NCBI GenBank assembly: GCA_964530955.1
Contig: CAZHCL010000001.1
Coordinates: forward strand, 4,630-68,629
DNA length: 64,000 bases
Reading direction: 5' to 3'
Origin: Candidatus Woesearchaeota archaeon
GTDB taxonomy: Archaea; Nanobdellota; Nanobdellia; Pacearchaeales; GW2011-AR1
Shown: in pieces, positions 9,167 to 19,731 of the stretch
Numbering within the stretch: the stretch's first letter is position 1
Layout: every line of letters begins with the position of its first letter
Program-made: the position numbers and the translations under genes
The notes under the pieces: model-generated
Told to the model about the DNA's origin: nothing
What the model saw: the letters and a program-made list of their open reading frames with translations, nothing else
Database searches by the model: none

Positions 9167-9295
9167 GATAAAACCTGCAGAACATATAATATAAACATTT
9201 TGAAAATGAGATAAAAAATAAAATTAATATAATAAAAAAAATAAAAAGTAAGAAGAATGACGACACGACCTCGGCTGAGTATCGAATATGATTAA

Positions 9296-9415
9296 TTATT
9301 TCTTCTTCTTTCTTCCACGAGCCATTTTGGCTTCGCATACATTGCCTTTTCCATCAACGTAATACAAATATCCTGGCTTGCGTTTTATTGCGTTCTTTAC
9401 AAGAATTGTCCCCAT
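9296..9415 (-). CDS. small basic protein (39 aa), not in the ORF track
   Basis: MGTILVKNAIKRKPGYLYYVDGKGNVCEAKMARGRKKKK in an otherwise empty interval; lysine tail. Confidence 0.3.
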   Translation of the reverse strand: MGTILVKNAIKRKPGYLYYVDGKGNVCEAKMARGRKKKK

Positions 9416-9441
9416 TTTTTTACCTCCTTTTATCAAGTATG

Positions 9442-9819
9442 TTAGTTTATCGAGGATTTAATATTTAAATGTTTCCTTCCGACGAATAAAGATATAATTT
9501 CCATGTTTTTATTATTTAGGGGTACTTCAAGAAGCTTTCTGAACTTATTTTTTGGTATAATTGAAGGGGTGAAAGAAGTAACTAGCTTATATTCAAGAAA
9601 GGCATTATCCTTATCAAGCCAAATAGCTAGAAAAGGAAAGAAGACAAAAAATGAATGAATTGAAATTCTGACATCCTTTTTGAATTCGAACAGCAAGTTG
9701 GCTGTTTTCTTTGATTTAAACATCAATCCTGTTATCTTTCCGATATTTGATAGTTTTTTAACATTATTTATTTCTATAATTTTAGTTTTATATCTTATTT
9801 TGAACTTATCAATCTCCAT
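9442..9819 (-). CDS. DUF192-family protein
   Basis: GLMF...LLFEF...IWLDKDN pattern resembling the DUF192/COG1430 core. Confidence 0.45.
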   Translation of the reverse strand: MEIDKFKIRYKTKIIEINNVKKLSNIGKITGLMFKSKKTANLLFEFKKDVRISIHSFFVFFPFLAIWLDKDNAFLEYKLVTSFTPSIIPKNKFRKLLEVPLNNKNMEIISLFVGRKHLNIKSSIN

Positions 9820-9902
9820 CTATGTAACTATGTGTTAAGCTTTATAAAATATGCTTGCTATAATCGGATAACTTTTTATACTACTTTAACTAAATTAATA
9901 TT

Positions 9903-10616
9903 ATGGTTATGGATGACAAACTGGAAGCAGAAAAGATAGGTGAATATTCTTCCTCTAAATCCGATTATCTTTCTGAACTTGAAAAAATAAGCCAAAGTGC
10001 TCAGCCATTTAGTGTTAAACTTAATCTGTTAGACGTTCTTGTTAAGGATTTCTTAAGAAAAAAGTTTCGCTTGCCTAGGGATGATGAATATTCTGAAATG
10101 ATTGATTTTTTTCTTCAGAAAAAAAAACCAGAAATAGCTATATTTTGTCATAATATGGTTAAGCTTATGTATTCAGGCGATTTAATTGATAATAATTCTG
10201 TGATGAGCTTAGTTGAAGAAGCTAAAAGTGTGATTGAATCAGAGTCTTCAGCACAAACAGTTTCTTCTAAGCATAAGAATGGTGGATTGTTTTCCTTTGG
10301 AAAGAAAAAGAAAATAGAGGCATTTGATATAAGAAAGGTCAGCAAGCCTACTGAAAAGCTGATAGATAAGGCATTGGTTCCTGAACAGGGAATTTTTGAG
10401 CCACTTACCAGAAAAAATACTTCTGAAGATGGGTCTGTTGATGAACTTAAATCAAAGCTTGACCTTTCAATGACTGAGTCTCCTGAAAAGATAATCTCTG
10501 ATGGAGACCATCAAGGAATAGAGAATATTGATAACCTTGAAAGAATAAAGGAAAAACTTAGGTATAGAAAGGTTGCTTCTGCAGAAAAAAATCTAGCACA
10601 AGCTCAAAATTACTAA
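9903..10616 (+). CDS. acidic hypothetical protein
   Basis: ORF with no motif. Confidence 0.35.
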   Translation: MVMDDKLEAEKIGEYSSSKSDYLSELEKISQSAQPFSVKLNLLDVLVKDFLRKKFRLPRDDEYSEMIDFFLQKKKPEIAIFCHNMVKLMYSGDLIDNNSVMSLVEEAKSVIESESSAQTVSSKHKNGGLFSFGKKKKIEAFDIRKVSKPTEKLIDKALVPEQGIFEPLTRKNTSEDGSVDELKSKLDLSMTESPEKIISDGDHQGIENIDNLERIKEKLRYRKVASAEKNLAQAQNY

Positions 10617-10657
10617 TTTAGATAATTTATAATTTTTGTGAAAGATAAATCTGTTAA

Positions 10658-11578
10658 TTAGGGGAATGTTCTGTAACGAGTGTTTATTAGTATATATTCT
10701 ATTAAAAATAAAAGAAGAGCAATAAGAAGAAGGTACTTCGAAACATCAATTGGAACGACTGCCTGTTTCTGATTCAATGCATTTTGGAAAGCTTGCGCAA
10801 GTTTATCTGAGTTTTCTGCGGTAGAATAATTACCTCCAGTGTTATAGGCGAGATACTGCAGAGACTGCTCATCAACTTGAGACAAACCATATGAAGTCTG
10901 GCCTCCCTGTCTTGTACCTATCGATATTGTGTTAATAATCGCATGATATCTATTCGCGTAATTAGCTGCGTATTCAAGAGAACCAGTGTTTATCTGCCCA
11001 TCACTTAAAATTATCAATGCTTTTGTGTCTTCATTAACTAATAAGTTTACTCCAGTCACGACTGGCTCATATATATCTGTTCCTCCAACGTCAGAAATGT
11101 TGATATTTATTATTGCTGCCCTAAGTAGGCCCTTATCATCAGTAACAGTCTGTTCTATTACCGAGCTGCCCGCGAAAGATAATATCCCTACCTTAGTACC
11201 GAATGGCAAAGAATCAAGAAAAGACAGAGCAGTGTTTTTCGCTGCGTCTAATCTAGTTGGATAAAAATCATTTGCCCCCATGCTTTGAGAGGAATCTATT
11301 GCTATCACAAAAGAAAATTTGCTGACTGTTTTTGTAATTACCATTGTTGTACCGGCCAGAGCAAGTACGGAAAGAACAACTATTATGCACGTTAGAGCTA
11401 ATATGGTGACGTTTTTTGAATATAAATCTAGGCCTGTAATTCTTGAGAGCGCATTGAAATTAGCAAATTTTAAAGTCCTTTTTTTTGTAATCTTTATTGA
11501 AATAAAATGTATTAGAATTATTATTGGAATAAAAAGAAGCAAGGCTAGATAAGCTGGTTGGGCGAATATTAAGTTCAT
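10658..11578 (-). CDS. von Willebrand factor A domain membrane protein (BatA-like)
   Basis: N-terminal TMs; VWA MIDAS-type motif VIAIDSSQSM; GILSFAGSS. Confidence 0.75.
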   Translation of the reverse strand: MNLIFAQPAYLALLLFIPIIILIHFISIKITKKRTLKFANFNALSRITGLDLYSKNVTILALTCIIVVLSVLALAGTTMVITKTVSKFSFVIAIDSSQSMGANDFYPTRLDAAKNTALSFLDSLPFGTKVGILSFAGSSVIEQTVTDDKGLLRAAIININISDVGGTDIYEPVVTGVNLLVNEDTKALIILSDGQINTGSLEYAANYANRYHAIINTISIGTRQGGQTSYGLSQVDEQSLQYLAYNTGGNYSTAENSDKLAQAFQNALNQKQAVVPIDVSKYLLLIALLLFLIEYILINTRYRTFP

Positions 11579-12489
11579 ATTGCAATCACCTTTTTTACTC
11601 TTCTTTTCATGAATTCAATTACATCAAATATGAATGGACTTGCTGTTGAAAGAGAAAGGTAGTCAATATTTGCTTCTTTGAATGATTGTTTTACAAATTC
11701 TTCCTGTTTTAATGCATGTTTTTCATAATTTTTTCTTGCGAGTCTTGGTTCAATCAGTAGCTGTTGGTGTGTAGACGGATCTTCAACTATATATTCTCCT
11801 CCAACGTCTGGCAAAGAAATATCTATGGGATCCTTTATCATGAATGCTATTGTCTCGTATTTATTTCCAAGTAATTCTAAGGAATGTTTTGTTCTTTTGT
11901 CAAAATTAATAAAGTCTGACACAAGCACAATTGCAGAAACGCCTTTCATTGGACTTTCAAGCATTAAATCAATCGCAGAGGAGATATTTGAACCACTCTT
12001 ATAATTATCTGGATTAGACAAAACGCTAACAAAGAGTTCGAACTGTTTTTTTCCTCTTTTTGGAGTTTCGATTCTGCTTACTTTGTCGTTAAATAAAATC
12101 AGGCCTGCGCGGTCATTTTCCTTTATAACCATATCAGCCATCGAAATCACAAGTTCTGCAGCGTATTCGCATTTTAACTTTTCTGTTGAACCAAAAAGCA
12201 TGTTCTCTCCCGTGTCAACAACAAAAAGTATCTTCTTTTCTTCCTCTTCCCTATATTTTCTTACCATTATTTTCTGCGACCTTCCGCTCGCTTTCCAGTC
12301 TACTGCAGAAAAATCATCCTCTCCATTATTAAAAGGTCTGAAACCGTCAAAATCAAAACTTTTTCCTCTGAAAAATATTTTATACGTCTTATTTCTTGTT
12401 TCAAATGACTTAAGAAAATGTCTGAGGGCAGATATGCTCTCACCTATTGACAGATTTAGCCTTCTTTCTTCTTTCATATTATTTGGCAA
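11575..12489 (-). CDS. DUF58 protein (MoxR-associated)
   Basis: VDWKASGRS...KYREEEE...LFVVDTGENM, typical DUF58 core. Confidence 0.75.
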   Translation of the reverse strand: MPNNMKEERRLNLSIGESISALRHFLKSFETRNKTYKIFFRGKSFDFDGFRPFNNGEDDFSAVDWKASGRSQKIMVRKYREEEEKKILFVVDTGENMLFGSTEKLKCEYAAELVISMADMVIKENDRAGLILFNDKVSRIETPKRGKKQFELFVSVLSNPDNYKSGSNISSAIDLMLESPMKGVSAIVLVSDFINFDKRTKHSLELLGNKYETIAFMIKDPIDISLPDVGGEYIVEDPSTHQQLLIEPRLARKNYEKHALKQEEFVKQSFKEANIDYLSLSTASPFIFDVIEFMKRRVKKVIAI

Positions 12490-13488
12490 TTATTTTGCAT
12501 GCACTTCCTTGAATATTTCTTCTATAATTATCTCAGGGGTTATTTTGTCAGCCTGCGCCTTATATGCTAAAATTATTCTATGACGGAGAATATCTTTTGC
12601 TACTGCCTTGACATCTGAGGGTATAACAAAATTTCTTCCATTGACTAGTGCCTCGGCTTTCGCTCCGATATATAATGCAATGCTTCCTCTGGGGGAGCAA
12701 CCCAAGTCTATATACTCTCCATATTTGAATTTCTTATCACGAGTTTTCTTTATTATTGCAAGAATATAATCCTTAATTTTTTCATCAAGATAAATTTCAT
12801 GCGTAAGTTGTTGCATAAGTTTTATTTTTTCTGCTGTGACTATTGAATTAATTTTGTAATCTTCAAATTTTTTAAAAGTTGCATTTTCTTCCATAACGTG
12901 CAGTTCACTTTTGTCATCAGGATATTCCATAAGTATTTTGAACAAAAACCTATCTATTTGCGCTTCTGGAAGGGCGTAGACTCCTTCAGTCTCAATTGGA
13001 TTCTGGTTCGCCATGACAAAGAACGGAGTTGGCAAGGGGTAGGTTGTAGAACCTATTGTAACTTGACCTTCCTGCATCGCTTCAATAAGAGCAGACTGTG
13101 TTTTAGGAGGACTTCTGTTTATTTCATCAGCTATTATAAAATTAGAAAAGATAGGACCTTTTATTACTTCAAATCCTTTCTTGGGATCATAGGCAGTAAT
13201 TCCTACTATGTCGCTAGGCAAAAGGTCTGCTGTAAACTGAATTCTTTTGAAACTGCATCCGCTTACTTCTGCTAGGGTTTTGATAAGAAGGGTCTTGGCT
13301 ATTCCTGGAACTCCTTCAAGCAATATGTGTCCATTGCAAAGTAATGCTCTCAAAAGAGAATCGACTATTTTTTCTTGACCAAAAAAGACTTTCGATATCT
13401 CTTTCCTCATTAGAGCAAGTGCTTTTGAAGCATCCTTTACCTTACCCATGTTGGCTTTTTTTACCACTTCTTTTTTATAAATTTCCAT
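12490..13488 (-). CDS. MoxR-family AAA+ ATPase
   Basis: LLEGVPGIAKT Walker A, ADEINRSPPKTQSALIEAMQE; about 330 aa. Confidence 0.9.
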   Translation of the reverse strand: MEIYKKEVVKKANMGKVKDASKALALMRKEISKVFFGQEKIVDSLLRALLCNGHILLEGVPGIAKTLLIKTLAEVSGCSFKRIQFTADLLPSDIVGITAYDPKKGFEVIKGPIFSNFIIADEINRSPPKTQSALIEAMQEGQVTIGSTTYPLPTPFFVMANQNPIETEGVYALPEAQIDRFLFKILMEYPDDKSELHVMEENATFKKFEDYKINSIVTAEKIKLMQQLTHEIYLDEKIKDYILAIIKKTRDKKFKYGEYIDLGCSPRGSIALYIGAKAEALVNGRNFVIPSDVKAVAKDILRHRIILAYKAQADKITPEIIIEEIFKEVHAK

Positions 13489-13560
13489 ATCAATTCTAAT
13501 AGGAAAAACACACCCTTACTTTTAAACCTTTCTTCAAAATCTCATTAATCAATAATAAAA

Positions 13561-16500
13561 TCACTCATAGCCCATCAAAGCTCTTCTGAGCTTAATTCTT
13601 TTGTACATGTAATACCCTATGCCCCCCACCAATGCAAGCCCGCTCGCCCAAATAGTATAATAGAATATATTGAAATTACTGTTTACCCCTAGTACTTTCT
13701 TAGAATTTATTTGTTCTATCGACTTTTTGCAAGCGTTTATTGCTTCATTGACTTTTGAATCTGCAAGCGAAAGATTTCCCTGAGCTAGGGCAATATCTGC
13801 TTGATTTACTATTTCTTTTACTTCGGCGCACTCAGGATTATCAACCAAAAGTTGGTCTGCAAAAAGAATATTTCTCTCTATACTTGCTCCTTCTTTAACG
13901 GTGAGGTATATTTTACCCCAGTCAGAGAATTTTGGATTTTCGACTGTTGCATTTATATTTATTTCGTATAATCCTTCAAGCAAAGTATCCACCTTAATTG
14001 TTAATGTGACATTTTTCATTTGACCGACTCCCAAAGAATCTATGAAATTTGTATCATATTGAGCAGTCACGCCAGGTATTGAACTTCCGTTAAGAAAAAC
14101 TGAACTGGATAAATTTATATGATTAAGTATTTCTCCGCCGTTATTGTAAACTGTGATGGGCACGACTATAAGATCTTTTTTATCGGCTGAAATTGGCCCT
14201 GGTAGGATTAATTTTAATTCTATAGGAGTTGTAACTGTTTGTGTGCCTCCTCCACCTCCTCCACCTCCGCCCCCGCTACTTGGAGAAGGAGTATTACTTG
14301 TTACTGAGATACTAACAGAAAAATTATTGCTTGAAATATTATTTATTACTGCATTAGATGAGTTATACTCGAGTGCTGTAATGCTGAAATTAGCTGATGC
14401 ATCAGAACTTGAACTGAAAGTTATTGAAGGAGCAGAATTATGTGTCCAGTTCACTGATGAAATTGAAATTCCTGTTCCTGAAAGATTAGTTACTAAAAAA
14501 ACAACTGTTTGATTTACGCAAAGGTCATTTACATCTAGGTCTGAGAAATAACTTGATAAGGAAAGTATTACTGGACTCCCTCCTGATTGGGTGGGAATTG
14601 GAGACGAAAGGGAGATGGGATAGTTAGTATGATTGATTATTGTTGACCAACTTGAAGAGTTACTAAACTCTGGATTTGAAACATTTAGGGTTAGATTTAC
14701 TGGGCCAGAGCAGGTTGTTTCATCTGTAAAATTAGTTGTAAAATTCCAGAAGAAAGAACTTCCGTTTCCATAGCTGGCTGTTTGATTTCTTAAGATATTA
14801 TTAAGATAAAATGAATAAATAAGTGGGTCTCCGGCAGTATGATTTGCAGTAAAATTAAGATAATATGTTTTATTTTCTGCAAGATTAAATGAAGTTGAAA
14901 ATGAAGGGGAGACTATATCTGGGTAATCATATATTCTCAAAGTAAAATTACTTGTTGAGTTCAGTCCGCTGCTGTCTTCAACCTGAACGCTGTAATTCCA
15001 AATTCCTGATTTTAAAAAAGAAGAATTTGTAATTATCCCTGTTTTGTTTGTTATATTTAGGAAATTTCCTAATGATGTGAGATTATATAGTGTATAAGTC
15101 AGGTTGCCCGTACTTTCATTTATGTCTTCAACATCTGTAGAATTAACGTCATAACTGAACTGCTGAACAAATGAAATATTCATGTCAGGTATTGGACTAA
15201 TGTTTGGACTGTGTTGGACAGAATTAATAATTATTGTAAAATTAAAAGCATCAGTATTATTTGTTAAGTCAGATACATTAGCTAGAACATTATATGTTCC
15301 AACATCACTCTTCTTAGATGTAAAATGAATTCCAAAAGAAGATTTATTACCTGAAATTATTGGAGAATCAGGAGAAAATAAATTTAGGTTGGGGCCACTT
15401 AAAATTGTAATATTTAGTTTTATTGATTCGTTATAAAAAGAGGGTTGCTTTATTAGAAGGTCATTATCTTCGGCGTTTATGTAAAAAAAGGTATAATTGT
15501 CTTCATATGCATGAATAGTTGAATCTTGGCTTATACTATAGTTAGATGACTGAGCATCTGAAGAATTTAGTCTCATTATGTAAACTTGGTCAGGTATATT
15601 ATCTATAGTAAGATTGACTGAAATTATATCGGATGATCCAGCATTGTCAGTTACATTCCATACTAATGCGTGAAATCCGACATCGCTATCATCTGGAGTG
15701 AAATTAACTATACCTGTTGTTGAATTTATGCTAAATGAAGGTAAAAAGGTATTACAATTTTGGTCACATGTGAAAGTAAAAGTCATATTGGTAATTCCAT
15801 CAGGGTCAGTAAAGTTTTTGCTAAGATTGAGATAAAAATTATTTCCCTCAGTTAGATTAAATGAAGTTAGCATGGTGGTATTCCATAGAGGGGGAGAGTT
15901 TTGGCTAACGATTATTGAAAATGTTTTTGAGTCGAAAGAAAAGTTATTTGCATCAGTTACATTAATCGTTGCGTTATAGGTACCTCCTGCAAGAGTCGAA
16001 TTAGGATATATCGCTATGGTAGCTTGTGTAATATTTGTATTATTTATTACCCTTTGAGATATTACTCTTACCCAATCAAGATTTGATCTGAAAGTAATAC
16101 TTTCATTGTAAACATATTTACTTATTATCAAAAGGTCATTATCACTTGCATTAACAAGCAAGGTTACATTTCCAGTGGTGTAAGCAGTTAAATTATCTAT
16201 TGTCTGAAGAGATACAGGGTCATTTGTATTAGCAATTGAAAGATTAATTACTGTTGAGTTTATTCCTGTTGGAACTCCAGTGTCTGTAATGCTTATATTA
16301 ATTGACCAGTTTCCTACGGCAGTATTATCTGGTGTGAAATTAACTATAAATGAAGCATTAAATCCTGTCGAAATATTTACCGGCAAGGTTATATGATTAG
16401 TATTGGTTCCGTTAAATAAAAACCAGCTCTGGTTTGCACTTATTGTGAGATTATTGACCTCGTCTAAATCAGTAACGTTAATTCTGCAATTAAAAATAGA

Positions 16501-17730
16501 CTTTTCTATGCCCGTGTTCTCATTATTACATGCATAGGTAAAATATGGTGGCTGATTTGCGTTATTCATTGAAAAGGTGACTATTTTACTTGTTGTTGCA
16601 TTAAAAGGCAATATCGTATTTCCAGAATCGGAAATAGTGAAATTAACTGTGTAATTTCCCACGTCATTTCTTGATGGAATGAAAGAAATATTGATTGTGC
16701 CAGTTGTATTGTCAAATGCATATTGAGTTGAATTAAAAAGATCACATTGAGTGCTATTTCTATTGCTCCACTGTGCTGTGGAACAATTAAGAAAAGTAAT
16801 GTTCAATTTGTAGGGAAAATTATTTTCCTCATCACTAGAAAAGATAGTATAGTTAAAAACAGAAGAACCAGTCACATTAAATGAAATATTATTCAAATTT
16901 GTGAACAAGGGAGGATCATTTATTGCGGTTGTGCTGATTGGGAGAGTTGCAAAATCTGTTCCTCCGCTGGAATCAGTTACTATGAATTGAAGCTGTTCAC
17001 TCGGAGTACTTTGATTCATTCTTGTTTTGTTGACAGTCAAAAATCCAGAGCTTGTAAAAGTGTAATTGTTATAGCTATCAGTTGGTAAAGTAGTATTTGC
17101 GCTTACAATTGAAAATGTGAGAGAATTTTTATCATTGAAATCATCATCAACAGTATTCGCAGATATATTAAATAAGCAAATACTGTCCTCATTACAAGAT
17201 AAAGTTGTCATAGTATTTCCGAATACTTTATTTATTTGGGGAGGACTATTCTGAATTGTGAAATTGTCTGATAAAGTAATATTCCCATAATTACTAGTGC
17301 AATTAATTCTAAAGCTTGAAGGTCCTTTGTAATTAAAACTTGAATTGGACTGCCAAAGAGAAATTCCTGAATTATATTCCATATATGCTGCTGGGCCGTA
17401 TGTCCCTGTGTTGTTGAATTGTATCGTACAATTTGCTCCTGTTCCGAGTCCAAGGGTGCTGTTTGTTGAATTTGTATAGTTTGCATAAAAATAGAAATTC
17501 CAATTTGATGCTGTCTTACTATTAGTCGAGCCGAATGTAAGGTTCGCACTTATCGCAGGCGTCTGCGTTAATGTTCCGTTAGTCCAAACAGAAAGTGTTG
17601 CATTTCCATTTGAAGATGAATTAATAGCTCTTATCGTGCCAATAAGCAAAATTATTGCTATAGAGATTAAAATAACTGTTAGAAAAGAGAAAAATCTTGC
17701 TCTGCCTGCTTTTTTTATATTCGATACCAT
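13561..17730 (-). CDS. giant (1389 aa) surface glycoprotein: N-terminal signal/TM, many N-x-S/T sequons, Gly10 linker, C-terminal TM anchor
   Basis: Dozens of NxT/NxS sequons; SGGGGGGGGGGT encoded by (CCN)n at about 14246-14278; C-terminal IWASGLALVGGIGYYMYKRIKLRR. Confidence 0.7.
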   Translation of the reverse strand: MVSNIKKAGRARFFSFLTVILISIAIILLIGTIRAINSSSNGNATLSVWTNGTLTQTPAISANLTFGSTNSKTASNWNFYFYANYTNSTNSTLGLGTGANCTIQFNNTGTYGPAAYMEYNSGISLWQSNSSFNYKGPSSFRINCTSNYGNITLSDNFTIQNSPPQINKVFGNTMTTLSCNEDSICLFNISANTVDDDFNDKNSLTFSIVSANTTLPTDSYNNYTFTSSGFLTVNKTRMNQSTPSEQLQFIVTDSSGGTDFATLPISTTAINDPPLFTNLNNISFNVTGSSVFNYTIFSSDEENNFPYKLNITFLNCSTAQWSNRNSTQCDLFNSTQYAFDNTTGTINISFIPSRNDVGNYTVNFTISDSGNTILPFNATTSKIVTFSMNNANQPPYFTYACNNENTGIEKSIFNCRINVTDLDEVNNLTISANQSWFLFNGTNTNHITLPVNISTGFNASFIVNFTPDNTAVGNWSINISITDTGVPTGINSTVINLSIANTNDPVSLQTIDNLTAYTTGNVTLLVNASDNDLLIISKYVYNESITFRSNLDWVRVISQRVINNTNITQATIAIYPNSTLAGGTYNATINVTDANNFSFDSKTFSIIVSQNSPPLWNTTMLTSFNLTEGNNFYLNLSKNFTDPDGITNMTFTFTCDQNCNTFLPSFSINSTTGIVNFTPDDSDVGFHALVWNVTDNAGSSDIISVNLTIDNIPDQVYIMRLNSSDAQSSNYSISQDSTIHAYEDNYTFFYINAEDNDLLIKQPSFYNESIKLNITILSGPNLNLFSPDSPIISGNKSSFGIHFTSKKSDVGTYNVLANVSDLTNNTDAFNFTIIINSVQHSPNISPIPDMNISFVQQFSYDVNSTDVEDINESTGNLTYTLYNLTSLGNFLNITNKTGIITNSSFLKSGIWNYSVQVEDSSGLNSTSNFTLRIYDYPDIVSPSFSTSFNLAENKTYYLNFTANHTAGDPLIYSFYLNNILRNQTASYGNGSSFFWNFTTNFTDETTCSGPVNLTLNVSNPEFSNSSSWSTIINHTNYPISLSSPIPTQSGGSPVILSLSSYFSDLDVNDLCVNQTVVFLVTNLSGTGISISSVNWTHNSAPSITFSSSSDASANFSITALEYNSSNAVINNISSNNFSVSISVTSNTPSPSSGGGGGGGGGGTQTVTTPIELKLILPGPISADKKDLIVVPITVYNNGGEILNHINLSSSVFLNGSSIPGVTAQYDTNFIDSLGVGQMKNVTLTIKVDTLLEGLYEININATVENPKFSDWGKIYLTVKEGASIERNILFADQLLVDNPECAEVKEIVNQADIALAQGNLSLADSKVNEAINACKKSIEQINSKKVLGVNSNFNIFYYTIWASGLALVGGIGYYMYKRIKLRRALMGYE
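14246..14278 (-). repeat. (GGN)11 coding microsatellite (poly-Gly linker)
   Basis: cctcctccacctcctccacctccgcccccgc on the + strand. Confidence 0.8.
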
Positions 17731-19694
17731 TTAAACTCCTCATTTGATCTCTTCTCTCTGAGAGAACGTATAAGCTTGATTATAGCGATAATAATTAATA
17801 TCAATATAATCAGAAGAATTAGTAAAAAGACATATATAAGACCTTGGTTTTTGCTTGCGTTACTTACGGGGCACTGCTTTGGGCAGGGACCTCCGCAATC
17901 GATTCCTTTCTCTCCTTGATTTTGGATTTTATCTGAGCAGGTTGCACAGGCGGAGCAGGGACCTCCGCAATCTGTTAATACTTCGCAACTTCCATCATGA
18001 CAGTTTTTTATTCCGTCTGAACAAGTTGGTTTTAAGGTGAATTCGCACATCTGGCTTTGGGGAAGAAAACTTTGGGTGAAGTTACAATAATGTAAATCAA
18101 GACAGTTTCTTGTTTGAAATCCACAATTATCGCTTACTAAACCTACTGATACACATGAACTCTTAAAACCTACGTAGTCATTGTTTTTGACAGTACTCTC
18201 TTTCAAAGAAGTGTCTAAATTTTGGCAGATATTCCAATTTCCGCAAACTTCTAAGGGAGCACAATTAATATTTGCTCCCCCGCCTCCAGCACCAGCACTT
18301 CCCCCGCCTACCGATGAAGGACAGATAACTTGAGTTACATTAATTGTCCAGATTAAACTTTTATTGAGAAGCCCATCTGTAATTTCAGATTTTATCGCGT
18401 GTATCCCACTTACTCCGCAACCTAAAATTTCTGTTATTGAAGAAAATGAATTGTTCAATGTCTTTGATAAACTCTTATTATCTAGGTACCAGTAAGTATC
18501 TGGAACATTTCCGTCGGGGTCTGCAGAAGTAGTATTAAAGTAAAGAATGTCGTTTCCCGAAATATTTAAATCAAAGAATGTCGGATACCAAGAAGTAAAG
18601 TAGGGAGCTCTATTTTCTTTTGTTACGGTGAGCGAAAAGTTCTTGCATGTCGTCTGAGCCAGACCTGTCTGCCCGCACAAACTGATATTAGGACTGATGC
18701 TAGACAAGGATTTATCAGTTGCGCACACGCTAAGATTATAATTGCCTAAAACGCTTTCATTGGCTGTAAAATTGATTACTCCCTTGCTGCTCATGCTGAA
18801 GAAAGGAGAGCCATTAAGAAAAGTTAAATTAAGAGTAAGGTTACCTACCATCGAATTTCCATCTTCAACATCTGTTACACTAATCTCTTTATAGAAATTT
18901 GAATTATCTCCATGGCTCCAGACCGTTTGAACACCTATATCAGCCATAACTGGAGGATTATTTATTTCTATTACAGTTATATTAGTGTTTACGGTATCTG
19001 CAAATTGTCCATCTGTGACTGAAATTGCTTCGGAATATTTTCCGATATTTGATTTTCCTAACAATCCTGAGAGTATAAATGATTTTGGATTTGTTTGAGC
19101 GATAAATGAATCAGGACTAAGAAAGAAAATACTTTGAGGGGAAATTGTTAAGCTTAGATTGTCTTCGTCAGGATTATAGACGTTGAATGGATAAACAAGA
19201 ACTCTTCTTTCACAGACATATATATCTGGGTCTATTCCTTGAATTAAAGGAGCTGAATTTGGGACATCAATATAGAATATTACGCTGCTGCTTCCAATCG
19301 TTCCGCTCGTGCTATTCGCAAAAACTGTCAGTTTATTACTCCAGCGGACAGCATTTAGGGTAGAGTTGGGGATAAAAGTTATATTGCTTGCGGCAACTGT
19401 GCCATGACGTAAATCTTCCAATGTGTACCACCAACTGTCTATATCTAAATTTGTTGTGGAAACATTAAGATCTAAAGTATAATTGCTGCCTATATTGAAG
19501 TTATAAGTTACGTTCAAAGGACTCCAAATAGTAACCACTACTTCTGGAGTTTTTATGAAAAGAGTTATACTCCCGATATTCGCAAATCCAGTAATGGGAA
19601 TTTTCATGGTTTGTGATAAAATGAAAAAAAACGATGTTCCAGCGATGAATATTAAGACTATGCTAATAGCTAAAAATAACTCCCTTTTTTGCAT
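17715..19694 (-). CDS. surface protein (659 aa) with Cys-rich C-terminal module and C-terminal TM anchor
   Basis: Signal/TM at the N-terminus; Gly-rich linker GGGSAGAGGGGANI; about 25 Cys in the last 150 aa before the TM (CGGPCSACATC...CGGPCPKQCP). Confidence 0.6.
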   Translation of the reverse strand: MQKRELFLAISIVLIFIAGTSFFFILSQTMKIPITGFANIGSITLFIKTPEVVVTIWSPLNVTYNFNIGSNYTLDLNVSTTNLDIDSWWYTLEDLRHGTVAASNITFIPNSTLNAVRWSNKLTVFANSTSGTIGSSSVIFYIDVPNSAPLIQGIDPDIYVCERRVLVYPFNVYNPDEDNLSLTISPQSIFFLSPDSFIAQTNPKSFILSGLLGKSNIGKYSEAISVTDGQFADTVNTNITVIEINNPPVMADIGVQTVWSHGDNSNFYKEISVTDVEDGNSMVGNLTLNLTFLNGSPFFSMSSKGVINFTANESVLGNYNLSVCATDKSLSSISPNISLCGQTGLAQTTCKNFSLTVTKENRAPYFTSWYPTFFDLNISGNDILYFNTTSADPDGNVPDTYWYLDNKSLSKTLNNSFSSITEILGCGVSGIHAIKSEITDGLLNKSLIWTINVTQVICPSSVGGGSAGAGGGGANINCAPLEVCGNWNICQNLDTSLKESTVKNNDYVGFKSSCVSVGLVSDNCGFQTRNCLDLHYCNFTQSFLPQSQMCEFTLKPTCSDGIKNCHDGSCEVLTDCGGPCSACATCSDKIQNQGEKGIDCGGPCPKQCPVSNASKNQGLIYVFLLILLIILILIIIAIIKLIRSLREKRSNEEFKWYRI

Positions 19695-19731
19695 TTAAAG
19701 CAAAACAAAACTCAATATAAAAATATTGCTT

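Noticed and set aside
9141-9338. 65-aa ORF in the kae1 downstream gap
   Set aside because: Low-complexity translation of an A/T-rich intergenic stretch. The 39-aa ORF at 9296-9415 on the same strand is the better candidate.
14153-14512. Antisense ORF with a PPPPPPPPPPPP run
   Set aside because: It is the reverse-complement reading of the (GGN)n Gly linker inside the 1389-aa surface protein gene, so it is a repeat artefact, not a gene.
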